A stretch of DNA of 64,000 nt, taken from positions 83,018,001-83,082,000 of the forward strand of contig CM059437.1 of assembly GCA_030390025.1 (NCBI GenBank), given 5' to 3'. Shown here piece by piece: positions 1 through 13,664 of this stretch (position 1 is its first letter; every line of letters begins with the position of its first letter). Under the pieces are notes generated by a model. That model was not told the origin of the DNA. It was given only the letters and a program-made list of their open reading frames with translations, and made no database searches. Both the position numbers and the translations under genes were made by a program. Origin of the DNA: Squalus acanthias (Eukaryota).

Positions 1-1214
1 TACCCTGTATGTATGGGTTCACAGCATGAATCTGCCCCTAATTCAGCACAAATTGGTACTATGCTCTTGGTCTGACAAAGACGGCAGGAGGATAACTGTT
101 GTAGGGAAAAGAAAAATGTCATTCTAGTGCAACAAGGGGTAGTCTTCTGAAAATGGAGATAAAGGCACACAGTGAGCTTTACTCTGCATCTAACCATACT
201 GTACCTGACATGAAAATGGATCGACATCCTGTACCTTGATACATCAAAGTGTATTGGAATGAGGGGCAATGTGTTTGCTTTCAAAGTTCAGCTTATTTTT
301 TCTCAAAAGACATCAAATTAGAATGAGTAAAGACACTGTCTGATGCTTTCTGTATCTGTGTTTCTCTATCTCACATATGGAAAAAATTGGTAATTACTTT
401 TTCTAACTGTGAACAAAACACAAGTGAGATAATTAGTCAGCTTGAAAATTCAATTGGTGTTCTTTTAGAAAATTAAAGTAACATTAACATAAAGAAACAC
501 ACTCCTCTATATCACTCTCCGACAGTCCCTTTCTCCCTCTCGCTCTCTCTCCCTCCCTCCCTCAAACGGACGCAAACATACACCACCTCTTTTTCAAAAC
601 AAATGCTCAATATAAACTTTACCTCAATAAAAATTTCGAAATTTGTCCCTTTTTGTTTTTCAAAATTATTTAAAGAAAAGCAGCTAGAAACTGCTAGAAA
701 GTAAAGAAAATGTTCTCTCAGTACAGCTGACAATGCTACTGATGCATCCTAGGAAATTAGGTATACAGCAAATGCAAAGACTCCACAATCGATATTCAGC
801 TCAAAGTGTCACAGCTCTGGGCAAAAATATCAATCGCATGTCTCTGCTTTTGAAAGAGGCTGAGGCCTTCAAGTAAAAACTTTAAGGAAGGCATTAAAAG
901 ATATCAATTGAAATGATGTGTATAATTTAATCATCTTATGACATATGTAATTTTTATTTTCTTTAGACTCGTATTTTGGACATTGAAATTTGACTTAATG
1001 AGAAATTAATGGCAGATTAAAAAAACATTTTGAATCTATTTATCTTACCTGTGTTTCATTGACAGAGAAAGTTAAATGCTAATTGCTTACATCTGTGAGG
1101 CTTAGATTTTAATTGCTAACATAAGACAGCGAGGGAGACGGCTAGTGTATTTCTACATTCTAATTTGATTTCGTTTATATAAAAAAAAATCAGTTCAGTT
1201 TAAAAACAAACAGA

Positions 1215-1700
1215 ACTTTTTTAAGGGAAATGGAGGGGGGAGGGAAACAGGAAACACCTTGGGGAGTGAGTGGGAGTTGAATGAATGGAGGCTTAAGGGT
1301 GAAGTGAGTACCAGCAGAAGGGGGACAGAAGGAATCCAAGGGTTAAATGGATAGTTCAAAGGAGAATAGGAAGAGAGGAAGGGTTGGTAGGAATGGGGAG
1401 AGTGGGAAAATGAAGGGGTAGGTGATGTGATGGGAGCGAGGGGATGGGGAAGCATGAGTGATTGGGGGGGGGGGAAGGGGAAGGGAACCGATGAGGGCCA
1501 CACCTCTCCCCACAAACCCCACCCCAAATGTATCTTGCAGCTATTGATGGTCCCACCCAAAAGAAAAGAAAAAGACAGAGAGAAGCAGAAGAAGACAGAG
1601 AGAAGCAAAATGTAGAGTTAAGGAAAAGAAAACCAGAACAGAACAGGAAGAGACAGGCGCATAAGAGAAAGGAAACTGCAATATAAAGAAAAAAGACAGA
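1215..1700. repeat. purine (GA)-rich low-complexity tract
   Basis: Runs of gga/gaa/ggg on the + strand; overlapping ORFs are Pro/Ser or Gly/Lys biased artefacts. Confidence 0.6.
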
Positions 1701-2339
1701 CGAGACTATTCTCCAACTTATTAGTGTGTGTGTGTATATGTATGGATATAGAATATAGATATGAATATAGTTTTAAGCTCCTATTGTTTGTTACAACAGA
1801 ATAATAGGCTAAGTTTTCTGATCCTGTATTCCCAGTGGGGAGCCACGCTCAAAGGAATCAAATGGGATAAAGCTGGGAACACAGATCTATGACTACCTGA
1901 ATCTATCCTTTATTTATTGAATATCTAAAATTAGAATATTTTGAAATATAGTTGAGAAAAGATAAAATTTTAAAAATTCTAGTTGATGTAATTGCATTAT
2001 TTTGAATACTGCGGTGCTGCTGATCTTAGGCATGTGGCTATATATTGGAGGCCGAGTCCTTCCCTCAAGGGATTGGACGGAGTCATGGCCAGGCTGCTGC
2101 TGTGATACACATGTAAGCAAGAGAGCAGCCTAGCCATCCACCTGTTTGGTTGCAATGGTGCGTGGAGATGATAAATACAAATGGAAGTAGTTTACCCTTA
2201 TTTCTAACAGGAGAAAATCAAAAGTATTACATTGAATTGATTTTTTATTTTTCAAAATAAAAATCAACAATTTATTTTTTATCTCATTGTCTCACATACA
2301 AACAAAAGACAAGACGCATTCACCATGCTTTGGCATATC

Positions 2340-3260
2340 CTAGAACAGCACAAAAGGAGGCAATTTGGCCCATTGTGCCTGTACCAGCTGTTTGAAAAGA
2401 GCTAGCCAATTAATCCCACTCCACTGCTCTTTCTCCATAGCCCAGTAATTATTTCCTTTTCAAGTATGTATCCATTTCCCTCTTGAAAGTTACTATTGAA
2501 TCTGCTTCCACCATTCTTTCAGGCAGTGCATTCCAGATCATCATAACCCGCTGCGTAAAAAAAATTCTCCTCATCTCCCCTCTTGTTCTTTTGCCAATGA
2601 TCTTAAATCTGTGAACTCTGGTTACCAGCCCTCCCACCAGTGGAAGTGGAAACAGTTTCTCCTTATTTGCTCTATAAAATTCTTTCATAATTTTGATTAC
2701 CTCATTTAAATCTCCGCTTAACCTTTTCTACTCTAAAATGACCAATCCCAGCACCTCTCGTCTCTTCACATAACTGAAGTCCCTCATCCCCGGTATCATT
2801 CTGGTAAGTTTCCTCTGCACCCTCTCCCAGGTCTTGACATCCTTCCTAAATTGTGGTGCCCAGAATTGGACCTAATACTCTAGCAGTAATGTATAAAAGT
2901 TTAGAATAACTTTGATCCTTTTGTATTTATAACACCATGTGCTTTTTTAACAGCTTTATCAACTTGACCTGCCACCATCAAAGATTTGTGTGTGTGAACC
3001 CCCAGGTCTCTCTGTTCCTGCACCCCCTTTAAAATTGTACCATTTAGTTGTTTCTTCCCAAAATGCTTCAATTCACACTTCTCTGCAATAAATTCCATCT
3101 GCCATGTGTCTTCCCATTTCATCAGTCTATGTCCTCCTGAAGTCTGCTACTATCCACCTCACTGTTTACTACATTTCCAAGTTTTGGGTCATCTGCAAAC
3201 TTTGAAATTGTGCCCCTTATACCCAAGTCCAGGTCATTAACATATATCAAAAAGAGCAGT
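2340..3260 (-). mobile_element. CR1 LINE 3' fragment, decayed
   Basis: Frameshifted pieces ISKFADD, WQMEF, RDLGV and FFTQRV..WNALP, followed by a CR1 3' UTR. Confidence 0.9.
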
Positions 3261-3634
3261 CGCCCTGTAGCAATTCCTTTCCTTAGGTCATCATATTCAC
3301 TCGGCACAGAAGCCAAACAGGCCAGAATGAAAGGACCTATGCTCAATATTCATTCGAATAGGGACTCTGGTTAATTTAGTTCTCCAGTAAATCACAACTT
3401 ATGTGACTTCTATGCGACAACTTTAGTGTCTGGTATCATGACTGTGTAAGTTATGAATGTGAAAAAGTAATAAGCAGCCAATAAATGGATCACAATTCAG
3501 GAAGAAGGAGGGATAAATTAGTGCAGAGAGGAGAAAGTAAGCAGCACATGAATAGCTAAGACATTGGAATCACACACATAGGAAATACTGTAACTTTCTG
3601 CAATTGGGATCAGTGTCTTTAAAAATATCTTTTA

Positions 3635-4000
3635 ATATTTTCTCTTCTCCTGAAGGCTCTGACTCATGCTGGGCTACAGGTTCTCTGGTACCTTGGTTTT
3701 CATGTGAGCCTACATGGTGACTGTTAGGCTATTTCATCATGAGAAGTATCACAAACAAGCCCAATAATGCCCTCACTTGACATACAGGTGCCAGCATTTT
3801 CCAGAAGGAGTCACTGGATAGTAATCAGGAGTTGGAACCCTTGCTGATGTTCCCCTCCATATCTCAGGGTACTGAAGTTAACTGGAACCCCCCACACTGC
3901 CATCCTAACTGAAACTGACCAACTCAGCACAATCCCGAAAATGTCTTTGTGGTCTATATGTTTCAGCTCCTCACTGGCCAGTACATTTTCCCACTGACCC
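3635..4000 (-). mobile_element. ancient tRNA-derived SINE (AmnSINE2-like), diverged
   Basis: Shares blocks (cactggatagt.at.ag.ag, aactcagcac, ctcttctcctgaagg) with 14040-14430 and, inverted, with 59135-59425 and 62780-62900. Family name from recall. Confidence 0.6.
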
Positions 4001-4252
4001 CAGCAAGCTGGAAGCTGTTTCTTATTGCAGTACATTAATTATTAGCTAAACATAAGGAAGTCATTTCTATATTACACACAACCTTCTAAGGATTTTGCAG
4101 CTTCTGTCAATTTTTTTTATTTTAAAGAGGAGACTTTAAGGTTAAAAAAAACTTCTTACACAAAAAAAAATCAAAGAATGGGGAATGTTAAAATGCCACT
4201 GGTAATAATCGACAAGGCATTCTTGGTATAAGTACACAATCTATAAATACAC

Positions 4253-4735
4253 ATGGATGAGTGCAGTTCCAACAACATTCAAGAAGCTCGACACCATTCA
4301 GGGCAAAGCAGCCCGCTTCTAAGGCACCCCATCCACCACCTTAATCATTTGCTCCCTCCACCACCGGCGCACTGTGGCTGCAGTGTGTACCATCTACAAG
4401 ATGCACTGCAGCAACTTGCCAAGGGTTCTTGAACAGCACCTCCCAAACCTGCGACCTCTACCACCTAGAAGAACAAGGGCAGCAGGTGCATGGGAAGTTC
4501 CCGTCCAAGGCACACGCCATCCTGAATTGGAAATATATCGCCATTCCTTCATAGTTGCTGGGTCAAAATCCTGGAACTCCCTCCCTAATAGCACTGTGTG
4601 GGAGTAACTTCACCACACGGACTGCAGCGGTTCAAGAAAATGGCTCACCACCACCACCTTCTCAAGGGCAATAGGGGATGGGCAATAAATGCTGGCCTTG
4701 CCAGCGACGCCCACATCCCATGAATGAATTTTTTT
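4253..4735 (+). mobile_element. non-LTR retrotransposon 3' end (CR1/L2-group), common shark family
   Basis: AVCTIYKMHC..HSFIVAGSKSWNSLP terminal ORF piece, then gggcaataaatgctggccttgccagcgacgcccacatcccatgaatgaat tail. Second copy at 16868-17140. Confidence 0.8.
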
Positions 4736-4999
4736 TAACGCATTATAGAAATACAAGAGGGAAGGAGAGTTGAAACTTCCATCATGTTCATTAAGAGCAA
4801 GAGCCTACGTTAACAAAATCAAAATCAACAAATGTATTTGTCAATACATGTAAAAAATGCTTGTACTTTTTCCCTGTCATTCTTTGCTACCTGTTGAATG
4901 CTTTAAATGTGTTTAGATTCCAGCCAATTTTCTGTCTACTGTTCAGGTTCTATAAAGCTTTGAACTGAAAAGGGGCAGACATTTTCACATCAGAGGGTC

Positions 5000-6185
5000 T
5001 TTGTAGGGAATTTGCAGGGAACAAATATGAAAGAGGTTGAAAGAGATAAAGATCCTAGGTGTTGTGCACACTGAACTGAAGGTTCATGACCAATGTAGAG
5101 AAGTTGTAGCTAAAGCTAACAGGGTATTGGGTTGTATTAATAGAACCATTCCGTATTATTCAAAGGGCATCATTTTGTCATTATATAGGTCGCTGGTCAG
5201 ACTACACCTGGAGTACTGTGTTCAGTTTTGGTCCCCACACATGGTGGGTGATATAGTGGACTTGGAAAAGGTCCAGGGAAAAGCTGAGAGAAGGATTCCT
5301 AGCTTAAAGAACCTCAGCTACTTAGGCTTAAGGACTTTAGTCTATTTACTTTGGAGCAACGTAGACTTAGAGGTGTATAAAATAATTAAAGGGCTGGATA
5401 GCGTGCCTATTTGAGAGATTATTCCAGTTTAACAGATTCAGGAGGACATGGGGAGACTATGCAAGAGTAGGAATAGACTGTATGTTAGGTGGTTCTTTCC
5501 CCCCCCCCCCCCCCCCCCCGAGAGTGGTGAGGCTGTGGAATATACTGCCGGCTGGTGTGGTGGGTGCTGACTCTCTGTACGCCTATGTATCCAAGTTTGC
5601 TGATGATACAAAGTTAGGTGGGATAGTAAGCTGTGAGGAGGATACAAAGGGATATAGACAGGTTAGGTGAGTGGGCAAGAACATGGCAGATGGAATATAA
5701 TGTCGAGTAGTGTGAAGTTATCCACATTGGTAGGAAAAATAGAAAAGCAGAGTATTTTTTAAATGGTGAGAGACTGGGAAATGTTGACATTCAGAGGGAC
5801 CTGGGTGTCCTTGTACATGAATCACTGAAAGTTAACATGCAGGTACAGCAAACAATTAGGAAAGTAAATGGTATGTTAGCCTTTATTACAAAGGAATTGG
5901 AGTATAAGAGTAAAGAAGTCTTACTGCAATTATATAAGGCCTTGGTGAGACCACACCTGGAGTATTGTGTACAGTTTTGGTCTCCTTACCTAAGGAAGGA
6001 TAGACTTGCCTAAGAGGGAGTGCAATGAAGGTTCATTAGACTGATTCCTGGGATGAGCGGATTGTCCTATGAGGAGAGATTGAGTAGACTAGGCCTATAT
6101 TCCCTAGAGTTTAGAAGAATGAGAGGTGATTTCATTGAAACATAAAATTCTTATAGAGCTTGACCAGGTAGATACTGGGAGGATG
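5000..6185 (+). mobile_element. two adjacent CR1 LINE fragments
   Basis: [19 protein letters not shown] in the first; [11 protein letters not shown] and RPHLEYC in the second. Confidence 0.88.
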
Positions 6186-6664
6186 ATGAGCCAGCTGCTC
6201 TTTTTTTGCCTGTCAATTTTGTATGTTCGTGGACCAAGAGCCCAAAGCAGCCCATTTTTCAGACTCTGCCATTCTGGCCACTGGGACAACAGCAAACATT
6301 GCAGCATAGACAGTTTTCACACATTTAAAAATTATATATTTTACATTTTTAAAAAAAGAAATTGTAGTGTCATTGCTCACTCCTCTCTTACAAACCTGAT
6401 AAACTATCTTACAAAATATTGGTCCAATTTGTCACTGAACCTTGATAGCGGCAACAGCATACAATTGGTTAGGGGGCTGCTTTACTTTGATTTCTTGTCA
6501 CATGTCAGTGAGATAAACAGTGAAGATGGGTTGTAGATACTACAAATGGACATGATCTAAGATTATCATGGATTAGTTGGTTTGTAGAATACTTGTTTTC
6601 TATATTTAGTGACATTCATCAGTAATGGATTTATAATTGTGTGTAAGAATTAAATATAAAAGTC

Positions 6665-7440
6665 TGTAATCATCAACTGTATACAATAACCTGAATTATA
6701 TGTGACATGTAACCCTTTTGCTTATAATTAAAAGTCGATGAGTAAGCTGTAACCAGATAGCATGGGGTGAGAAAGAGGGTTGCCAGGGTCGAATAGAGTG
6801 CAGCTAGCCTGGGAAGCAAGGTCAGGTGTAGCTGCCACTGTTACGATATCTGCAGTGAATTAAAAACATAAGTCTTTCGCAGCAAACAGCAAGGACAGTA
6901 TGGAGATATATTCCTTTTGTGTTGCCGTAACTACCCCAGATATGAGTCTTGATGGTCAAAAACAGATGATGTAAGGGTGTCATAAGTCTAGAACCTGCAT
7001 AAGCCAAGGTGCTGCGGACGTGGCATCTTTATGATTGGATTTTGGGTTTGAGGTGTCAACCAGTGATTTGGTTCAGGAGGACTCCATAGATTTTGAATGA
7101 GAGTAAGGGTATAAGAAGGGGGTCTTAACAGCCACAAAGTGCAGGAGTAGAAGATTTCAGAAAGAGTAGACAATTTCAGGAAGAATCAAGGAGACACCCG
7201 GGAGATAAAGAGAGACAAGAGACAGAGTGCAGTTTACTCACGGTTGTGGCTTCTACCCAGAGTATAAGGGGTAATATAAGTCTCAATTATACTCTGTGAA
7301 CTGCTGCTCAAATACTGTAATGTATTAAGTCTTGCTTGTGCTGAATAAAGTTAAATCACTGTCCCCAGTACGGGTCAACCTCGAATCATTTGGAACGAGG
7401 GTCCCTCTGGGATCTTATAAATTGGCGAGCTAGCCAGCCA
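6665..7440 (+). mobile_element. putative LTR followed by primer-binding site (LTR retroelement/ERV remnant)
   Basis: TG start near 6665, TATAA near 7110, AATAAA at 7344-7349, then TGGCGAGCTAGCCAG at 7423, resembling the tRNA-Arg PBS TGGCGAGCCAGCCAGGAG. AT-rich internal-like sequence follows. Confidence 0.6.
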
Positions 7441-7669
7441 AGAGGTTGATTGACAGTTGATTCTTTTATAAACTATTCGGTACAAGTAAGATCCTAGGAC
7501 TGCCGTGGTTAGCGCGACCTAGTCAGTTAAGGAAGGAAAACCTTTGGAGTGTGTAAGTGCGACCTACCAGCAGTAATAGCAACAAGTTAGTAGAAATGGT
7601 GGGCTCGACAGAAGTTGAACATGCCAGAGATAGAGTTCAGCAAATTACGTGTAACTGATTTAGTATCAT

Positions 7670-7970
7670 TTCCATCTCCTTTACCAGCTTCCATTACCAT
7701 CTTCTTTTTCTTTGTACAATCATACCTTTTGTCATTTAATCACTTCTGCCTTCCATGCTATCACAGACCTTCCCCTTTGTTCTTTCCTCCCTTTCCCCTG
7801 CACTTGCTTAAAATCTGTTACATCTCTAACTTTTTCCAGTTCTGACAAAAGGTCATTGACCTGAAACGTTAACTCTGTTTCTCTCCCCACAGATGCTGCC
7901 CTGACCTGCTGAGTCTTTGCAGCATTTTCTGTCTTTATTTCAGATTTCCAGCAGTATTTTGCTTTTGTTT
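7670..7970 (+). mobile_element. Penelope-like element terminal fragment with mutated hammerhead (7838-7874)
   Basis: Closely similar to 55860-56080; core reads CTGACAA instead of CTGANGA. Confidence 0.75.
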
Positions 7971-8408
7971 TGGTATCGTTTCTGTCGAGCCCGGAAGCAG
8001 AGTCATATCAGAAGGCGATAGAGTGGGTCCAGAGCCAAGTGTCTCTGAGAAAGGTCAAATTAAACAAAGGGAAGCACTTGTTAGGCTATGCAGCCCATTT
8101 CTGTGCAAAGCGAGGTGAAGTAAGAGAAGGGAAACATTTAGAAGCACAGTGAATAAGAGAAGAGGAACATTTAGAAACACAGAAAGTAATATCGAGGGGA
8201 AAAAGAACGGCAGCAGCTCGAAACCAGGAATCTAGGAACTCAGCAAATGCAGGGAAAAAACAGGGAATTAGAGAACAAGCTGCTAGATGATAGTTCAAAA
8301 GGCGGAAAAAGGAACTTAAAGTTGAAACCAGCTCTGAAGTTGATGGTACAAGCTGCCAGCTTCTGTGCCAAGAAAAATAAAACACAAGATTTACTGAGTG
8401 AAAAGAAC

Positions 8409-8722
8409 CAACACGGTGGCATAGTGGTTAGCACTGTTGCCTCACAGCGCCAGGGACCCGGGTTCGAATCCGACCTCGGGTGACTGTCTGTGTGGAGTTT
8501 GCACATTCTCCCCGTGTCTGTGTGGGTTTCCTCCGGGTGCTCCGGTTTCCTCCCACAGTCAAAGATGTGCGGGTTAGGTTGATTTGGCTATGATAAATTG
8601 ACCCTTAGTGTTAGGGGATTAAATACGTGGGGTTACGGGGATAGGGTGGGATATGTGTCGGTGCAGGCTCGATGGGCCGAAATGGCCTCTATCTGCACTG
8701 TGGGGATTCTGTGATTCTGTGA
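8409..8722 (+). mobile_element. V-SINE (HE1-like)
   Basis: tRNA head with A box (tggcatagtggt) and B box (ggttcgaatcc), V-domain gtgtggagtttgcacattctccccgtgtctg..gggtttcctccgggtgctccggtttcctcccaca, and LINE-like tail ending gattctgtgattctgtga. Confidence 0.9.
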
Positions 8723-9811
8723 ACCTTGTGGGATGCTGGAATTTCAGTTTGTGTGAAAGTGTGGAAGGTTTCCTGACTATGAATGTTTAAGAATTTACAG
8801 CATTTTCTTTTGTATGAAAGTCTGTCTTTTAAAAAAAAGTGTCTGTTATGTTTGTTTTAGCTCCACCCACTTTTCTGTGCACAGCTAAAAGCCGTTAAAC
8901 CCTTTGTAATCTTGTCTTGGATGGTGGAAGAAAACAAAATTATTTGAGAGATACTTGAGCCATGTTTTTGGTTTTTGAACTGATTTAAACTGTGTGAACA
9001 GGCTCAAGACCTGGGAATATCACACAAAAATTTGGCACCTTGAGTTCATAACCTATTTCAGGGATCACTATTTCTAAGTTGCATGAAAGTGTGGCTATGT
9101 TGAGTACGTTGATTTCAATTTAAGATTGTTCACCTAGAAGTGGGGAAAACTTTGTAATTTACATTTTAAGTTAAAAATTTATTTTGACTGGGGCAGCTTT
9201 TGCAACTCTGAAAGCTAAGCAAGAATTTGTTTTACAAAAGATAAACTTCAGCCTTGAAGTTACGGTTGCCATGGTGTCTGGTATTTAATTTGAAATTTCC
9301 AAAGCACTTTGATTTGATTTGTTTAAATGTGAAAACTAATTTTTTTCCAGTTATAGTCAGTATTTCTACAGTCATTTGGGAAGGCGTCTGGGGGAAAAAA
9401 TAGAAAGATGATGTGATTTGCTAGGTTTTTGTAAGCAAGTGCTATTTTGTTTTATTTTATCTGTTCTCTATTGTGTTTATTTAATAAAATACTGGTCTGA
9501 ATTAAATTGGAATTTATGGAAGTTAACTAACCTATTAAATTGTGAAAACACGACTTTCATTGCAGCCACAGTGAAATTCTGGTTATTATTTTAAATTATG
9601 TGAAGGATTCGAGTTCCGGACGTGAGACTTTCACAATCTTCTGTCTAAAGAGTCTTATAGTGCAAAAGTTGTAACAGTTTTCACCCTGTACTGTAAACTA
9701 AACTTGGAAAGTTCATGGAGGTCATCTACTTTACTTGATTCCCCAAGACCCATTCCACTTTTGTATACCTTATCTGCATCCCACTTCAAGACGGATAACA
9801 TAATATGGAAA

Positions 9812-9907
9812 TCAACAATGTTTGCAAATTTCTGGTTGTAATGCTCTCATTTCTTGTTCTGAAGCTCGATGCTCATTGACTGCCAGCATAATTCTTTCTT
9901 TAATAAC
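9812..9907 (-). CDS. P2RX2: candidate terminal coding exon 12 of the P2X2-like gene
   Basis: Strong acceptor cctttttttactacatag|, phase 0. VIKERIMLAVNEHRASEQEMRALQPEICKHC* gives KKFEE-V like P2X2 KKFDK-V. No homology confirmation. Confidence 0.5.
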   Translation of the reverse strand, partial: VIKERIMLAVNEHRASEQEMRALQPEICKHC

Positions 9908-10459
9908 CTATGTAGTAAAAAAAGGTTTTATGAGTATGTGTGTGCATACGCTTCACAATCATGTCCGAAGCAGTAAATGCAAATAGAACCATTGCACAAC
10001 GTACCAGGAAAAAGCTCTCTTAATCTGTGAGATTTTCATTTCTAAATCTTTGTAAGTAGTTTCAAAATTGTTGTAACTTTAAATTATATTCCATTGAATT
10101 GCCCATATTCTTGAATATTATAAAGGGAGATGTCTGTAAACACATCTTTCAGTCACGTCTTAAGTGTCCCATTTTATGCTTTGGAACTAATGGTTAGAGA
10201 CAGTATGAGAGCAGACATTTTGTGCAGATTTTCCTGTGACATCATGATAATGTAAGCAGCACATATTAGAACAGGAAACAACAAATATATACACAATGAA
10301 AGGGTTTTCATCAGCAAATTTGCAAAGGAAAAGGATCTAGATATGATTATTGACTATTCATTGAAAGTAAACGGCTGCTATGAAACTGTTGTTGAGGCTA
10401 ACCTTGTAGTGGGATCATCACAAACATTTTGATGCAATGCAAAGTAAACATACATATTT

Positions 10460-10860
10460 GTAATGTTGCATGTAAGTTGAGCACCCTAATTTAAAAAGGA
10501 CATTGATATGTTTAGAGGGTTTCAAGCAGAATGACGAGGAAGATTCCAGGACTTCAAATTATGAGGAGAGATTGACAGACCTAAATTTATTTTTGTTGGG
10601 GAAAAAGTGTGTAAAACAATGAGAAGCATAGATAATCTGGATATACGGAGGCCGTTTAACTTAGGCTAGAGGACACAAATATAAAATGGACTTTCACAAA
10701 GTGCTTCGAGGGAATGAGATTTTTAACTCACATAGAAGCGGATATGTGGAACAGACTTCCAGAAGTAATGCTGTATCTGTTAACTTAGGTAAATGGCTAG
10801 TTAACAATAGGATTGAAGGTTATGTAGATAAGCAAATGCAAAGAAATAATCAAATACACC
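10460..10860 (+). mobile_element. old, heavily decayed CR1 3' fragment
   Basis: Remnants tatgaggagagattg and agaggacacaaatataaa. Confidence 0.55.
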
Positions 10861-11379
10861 ATGGAACACAATGGTTTGTGTGCTGCTGGGACCATGGAAA
10901 TGTCATCTGTGGAAAACAACCAGCCATGGTGGCAGTACAGGGATGCAGACATAGTGTAGTGCTTTGCTTTATTACTTGTGAGAGATGGAGAAATTTTGCA
11001 GAACTTTCTCTAAGTGATTAAATGGGGTTGTATAGAGTCTACAATAGGGCAGATTGTTCATATTCTGTGGAAGGAGTGATTGAATGGCCTTTTATCGATT
11101 GTTGCTTTATTTTCTTTTCACCATTTCAATATAGGGGCCATTCTTTCCCTTTCCCCAATGTTTCCCTGTGCCATGCAACTTACTTAGCTAAGAGCACTAC
11201 CAGTTTTGCTATGTAACCAGTTGTAAGACATGCATAACCTGGAGGTCACTTTCTGATTTTCCTTTCCTCCCTATAGCATACCATCTGTCCTTCTTTGCAC
11301 CTTCCTTGGAAGCCTGGCCAAGACTTCCTTCTCAGCCACCTGGGTATTCATTACCACCTGGTACACGTTGTGCAGTGAA

Positions 11380-11860
11380 TTGTGAGACTTTAATTCTACC
11401 TCCATATAGTCTAGACTGGCATGAGGGAGTGCTGCATTGTTGAAGATTTCATCTTTCAGCTGAAAAGTTAAACTGAAGTCGCATCTACCAGCTCTGGTGG
11501 ACATAAAAGATCCTTGGGAACGTCCTGAAGATATGATGATTTGATATGTATTTTTTTTCCCTCTGTCATTTCTTCAGAACATCCCAAAGTACTTTACAAC
11601 CGATTGATTACTTTTGAGTACAGTCACTATTGTTATGTAGGTAAATGCGGCAGCCATTTTGTGCACAGCAAGCTTCTTCAAACAGCAAATGAATAACTGG
11701 ATAATCTGTTTTTTGGTGATGTTGGTTGAAGGAAGAATATTGGCCAGCACAGCAGGAGAACTCCAGTTTTTCTTTGAATGGTGCCATATGATCTTTTCTG
11801 TCCACCTAAACTGGTAGATGGCATCTCCGTGGGACAGCTCATTGGTATATCATGAGGTCC
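11380..11860. mobile_element. two DeuSINE (SacSINE1-like) fragments, + (11380-11530) and - (11570-11860)
   Basis: gagggagtgctgcattgt core on +; caaagtactttacaacc..gcggcagccattttgtgcacagcaag on -, matching 27055-27480. Confidence 0.75.
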
Positions 11861-11959
11861 CAAAAGTTTTGTCAGTTCTGAACTGCACTCCTAGATGGGG
11901 TAAAATCAGTTCCATTCAGAAGTACACTTCCTGCCAGCTGACCACAGCAGCTAAATACT

Positions 11960-13558
11960 GCAGAATCCTTAGAGGAGTACAGAAAGTGCAGGGGTGCAAT
12001 TAAAAAGGATATTAGGAAAGCAAAGAGAGAGCATGAAAAATTCTTGGTAAGTACAATCAAGGATAACCCAAAGATGTTTTATAAATATATTAAGAGTTAG
12101 AGGATAACTAAAGAAAGGATAGGGCCTATTAGAGATCATGAGGGTAATCTGTGTGTGGAGGCGGGAGACGTCGGTAGGGTTCTTAATGAATACTTTGCAT
12201 CTGTTTTCACAAAGGAGAGGGGCGAAGCAGACATTGCTATCAGGGAGGAGTGTGAAATATTAGATGAAATAAACATAGTGAGAGAGGAAGTATTAAGGGG
12301 TTTAGCAGCTTTAAAAGTGGATAAATCCCCAGGCCTGGATGAAATGTATCCCAGGCTGTTAAGCGAAGCAAAAGAGGAAATAGCAGAGGCCCTGACCATC
12401 ATTTTTCAATCCTCTCTAGCTTCAGGTGTGGTGCCGGAGGACTGCTAATGTGGTACCCTTATTTAAAAAGGGAGAAAAGGATAGACCGAGTAATTACAGG
12501 CCAGTCAGCCAAACCTCGATGGTGGGAAAATTATTGAAGGACAGGATAAATCTTCATTTAGAAAGACACGGATTAATCAAGGATAGTCAGCACGGATTTG
12601 TTAAGGGAAGGTTGTGTCTGACAAACTTGATTGAATTTTTTGAGGAGTTAACAAGGAGGGTAGATGAGGGTAGTGCATTTGATGTAGTGTGTATGGACTT
12701 TAGCAAGGCTTTTGATGAGGTTCCACATGGCAGACTAGTCACGAAGTTAAAAGCCCATGGGATCCAGGGCAAAGTGTCAAGTTGGATTCAAAACTGGCTC
12801 GGAGGCAGGAAACAGAGGGTAATGGTTGATGGGTGTTTTTGTGACTGGAAGGCTGTTTCCAGTAGGGTTCCGCAGGGCTCAATACTAGGTCCCTTGCTTT
12901 TTGTGGTATATATCAATGATCTAGAATTGAATATAGGGGGTATGATTAAGAAGTTTGCAGATGATACTAAAATCAGCTGTGTGGTTGATACTGAAGAAGG
13001 AAGCTGTAGACTGCAGGAAGATATCAATAAATTGGTCAGGTGGGCAGAACAGTGGCAAATGGAATTCAATCCAGAGAAGTGTGAGGTAATGCATTTGGGG
13101 AGGGCTAACAAGGAAAGGGAATACACATTAAATGGTAGGACACTGAGTAGTGTAGAGGAACAAAGGGACCTTGGAGTGCATGTCCACAGATCCCTGAAGG
13201 TAGCAGGCCAGGTAGATAAGGTGGTTAAGAAGGCATACGGAATGCTTGCCTTTATTAGCCGTGGCATAGAATACAAGAGCAGGGGGGTTATGCTTCAACT
13301 GTATAAAACACTAGTTAGGCCTCAGCTAGAGTACTGCGTGCAGTTCTCGTCACCACATTACAGGAAAGATGTGATTGCACTAGAGAGAGTACAGAGGAGA
13401 TTTACAAGGATGTTGCCAGGAGTAGAGAATCTTAGCTATGAGGAAAGACTGGATAGGCTGGGTCTGAGAAGTGGAATTAGGTTGGATAGCTCTTTGTTGG
13501 CCGGCACGGCCATGATGGGCTGAAATGGCCTCCTTCCATGCTGTAACTTTCTATGATT
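11960..13558 (+). mobile_element. CR1 LINE, 5'-truncated, RT largely open
   Basis: 365-aa ORF with [20 protein letters not shown] and FADD; internal deletion near 13462; tail ctttctatgattc. Confidence 0.95.
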
Positions 13559-13664
13559 CAGCCATGGAGAAGTCTGCTGCCAAGTCCCAGGATGAGAGGG
13601 ATACAAACAATCACATTGAATTCCATCAAAAAATATTTCTGAGTTTGATTTGTTGAACTTTCAC

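Noticed and set aside
1000-2130. Possible exons of a neighbouring gene (donor-like acag|gtaaga at 1048 on -, hydrophobic reading near 2000-2115 on +)
   Set aside because: Isolated splice-like signals with no recognisable protein similarity.
8409-8480. tRNA gene (also at 20030, 27420, 50390, 55790 and 57520)
   Set aside because: A and B boxes continue into SINE bodies; these are SINE heads.
11271-11357. Alternative last exon VVMNTQVAEKEVLARLPRKVQRRTDGML*
   Set aside because: Phase-compatible with exon 11, but it lacks a polypyrimidine tract and abuts a SINE. Weaker than 9812-9907, though not excluded without RNA data.
13561-13606. LYPSHPGTW on the minus strand, resembling human P2X2 tail TPSHPSGSW
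   Set aside because: Short match, separated from exon 11 by an in-frame stop and with no clear acceptor; likely coincidence.
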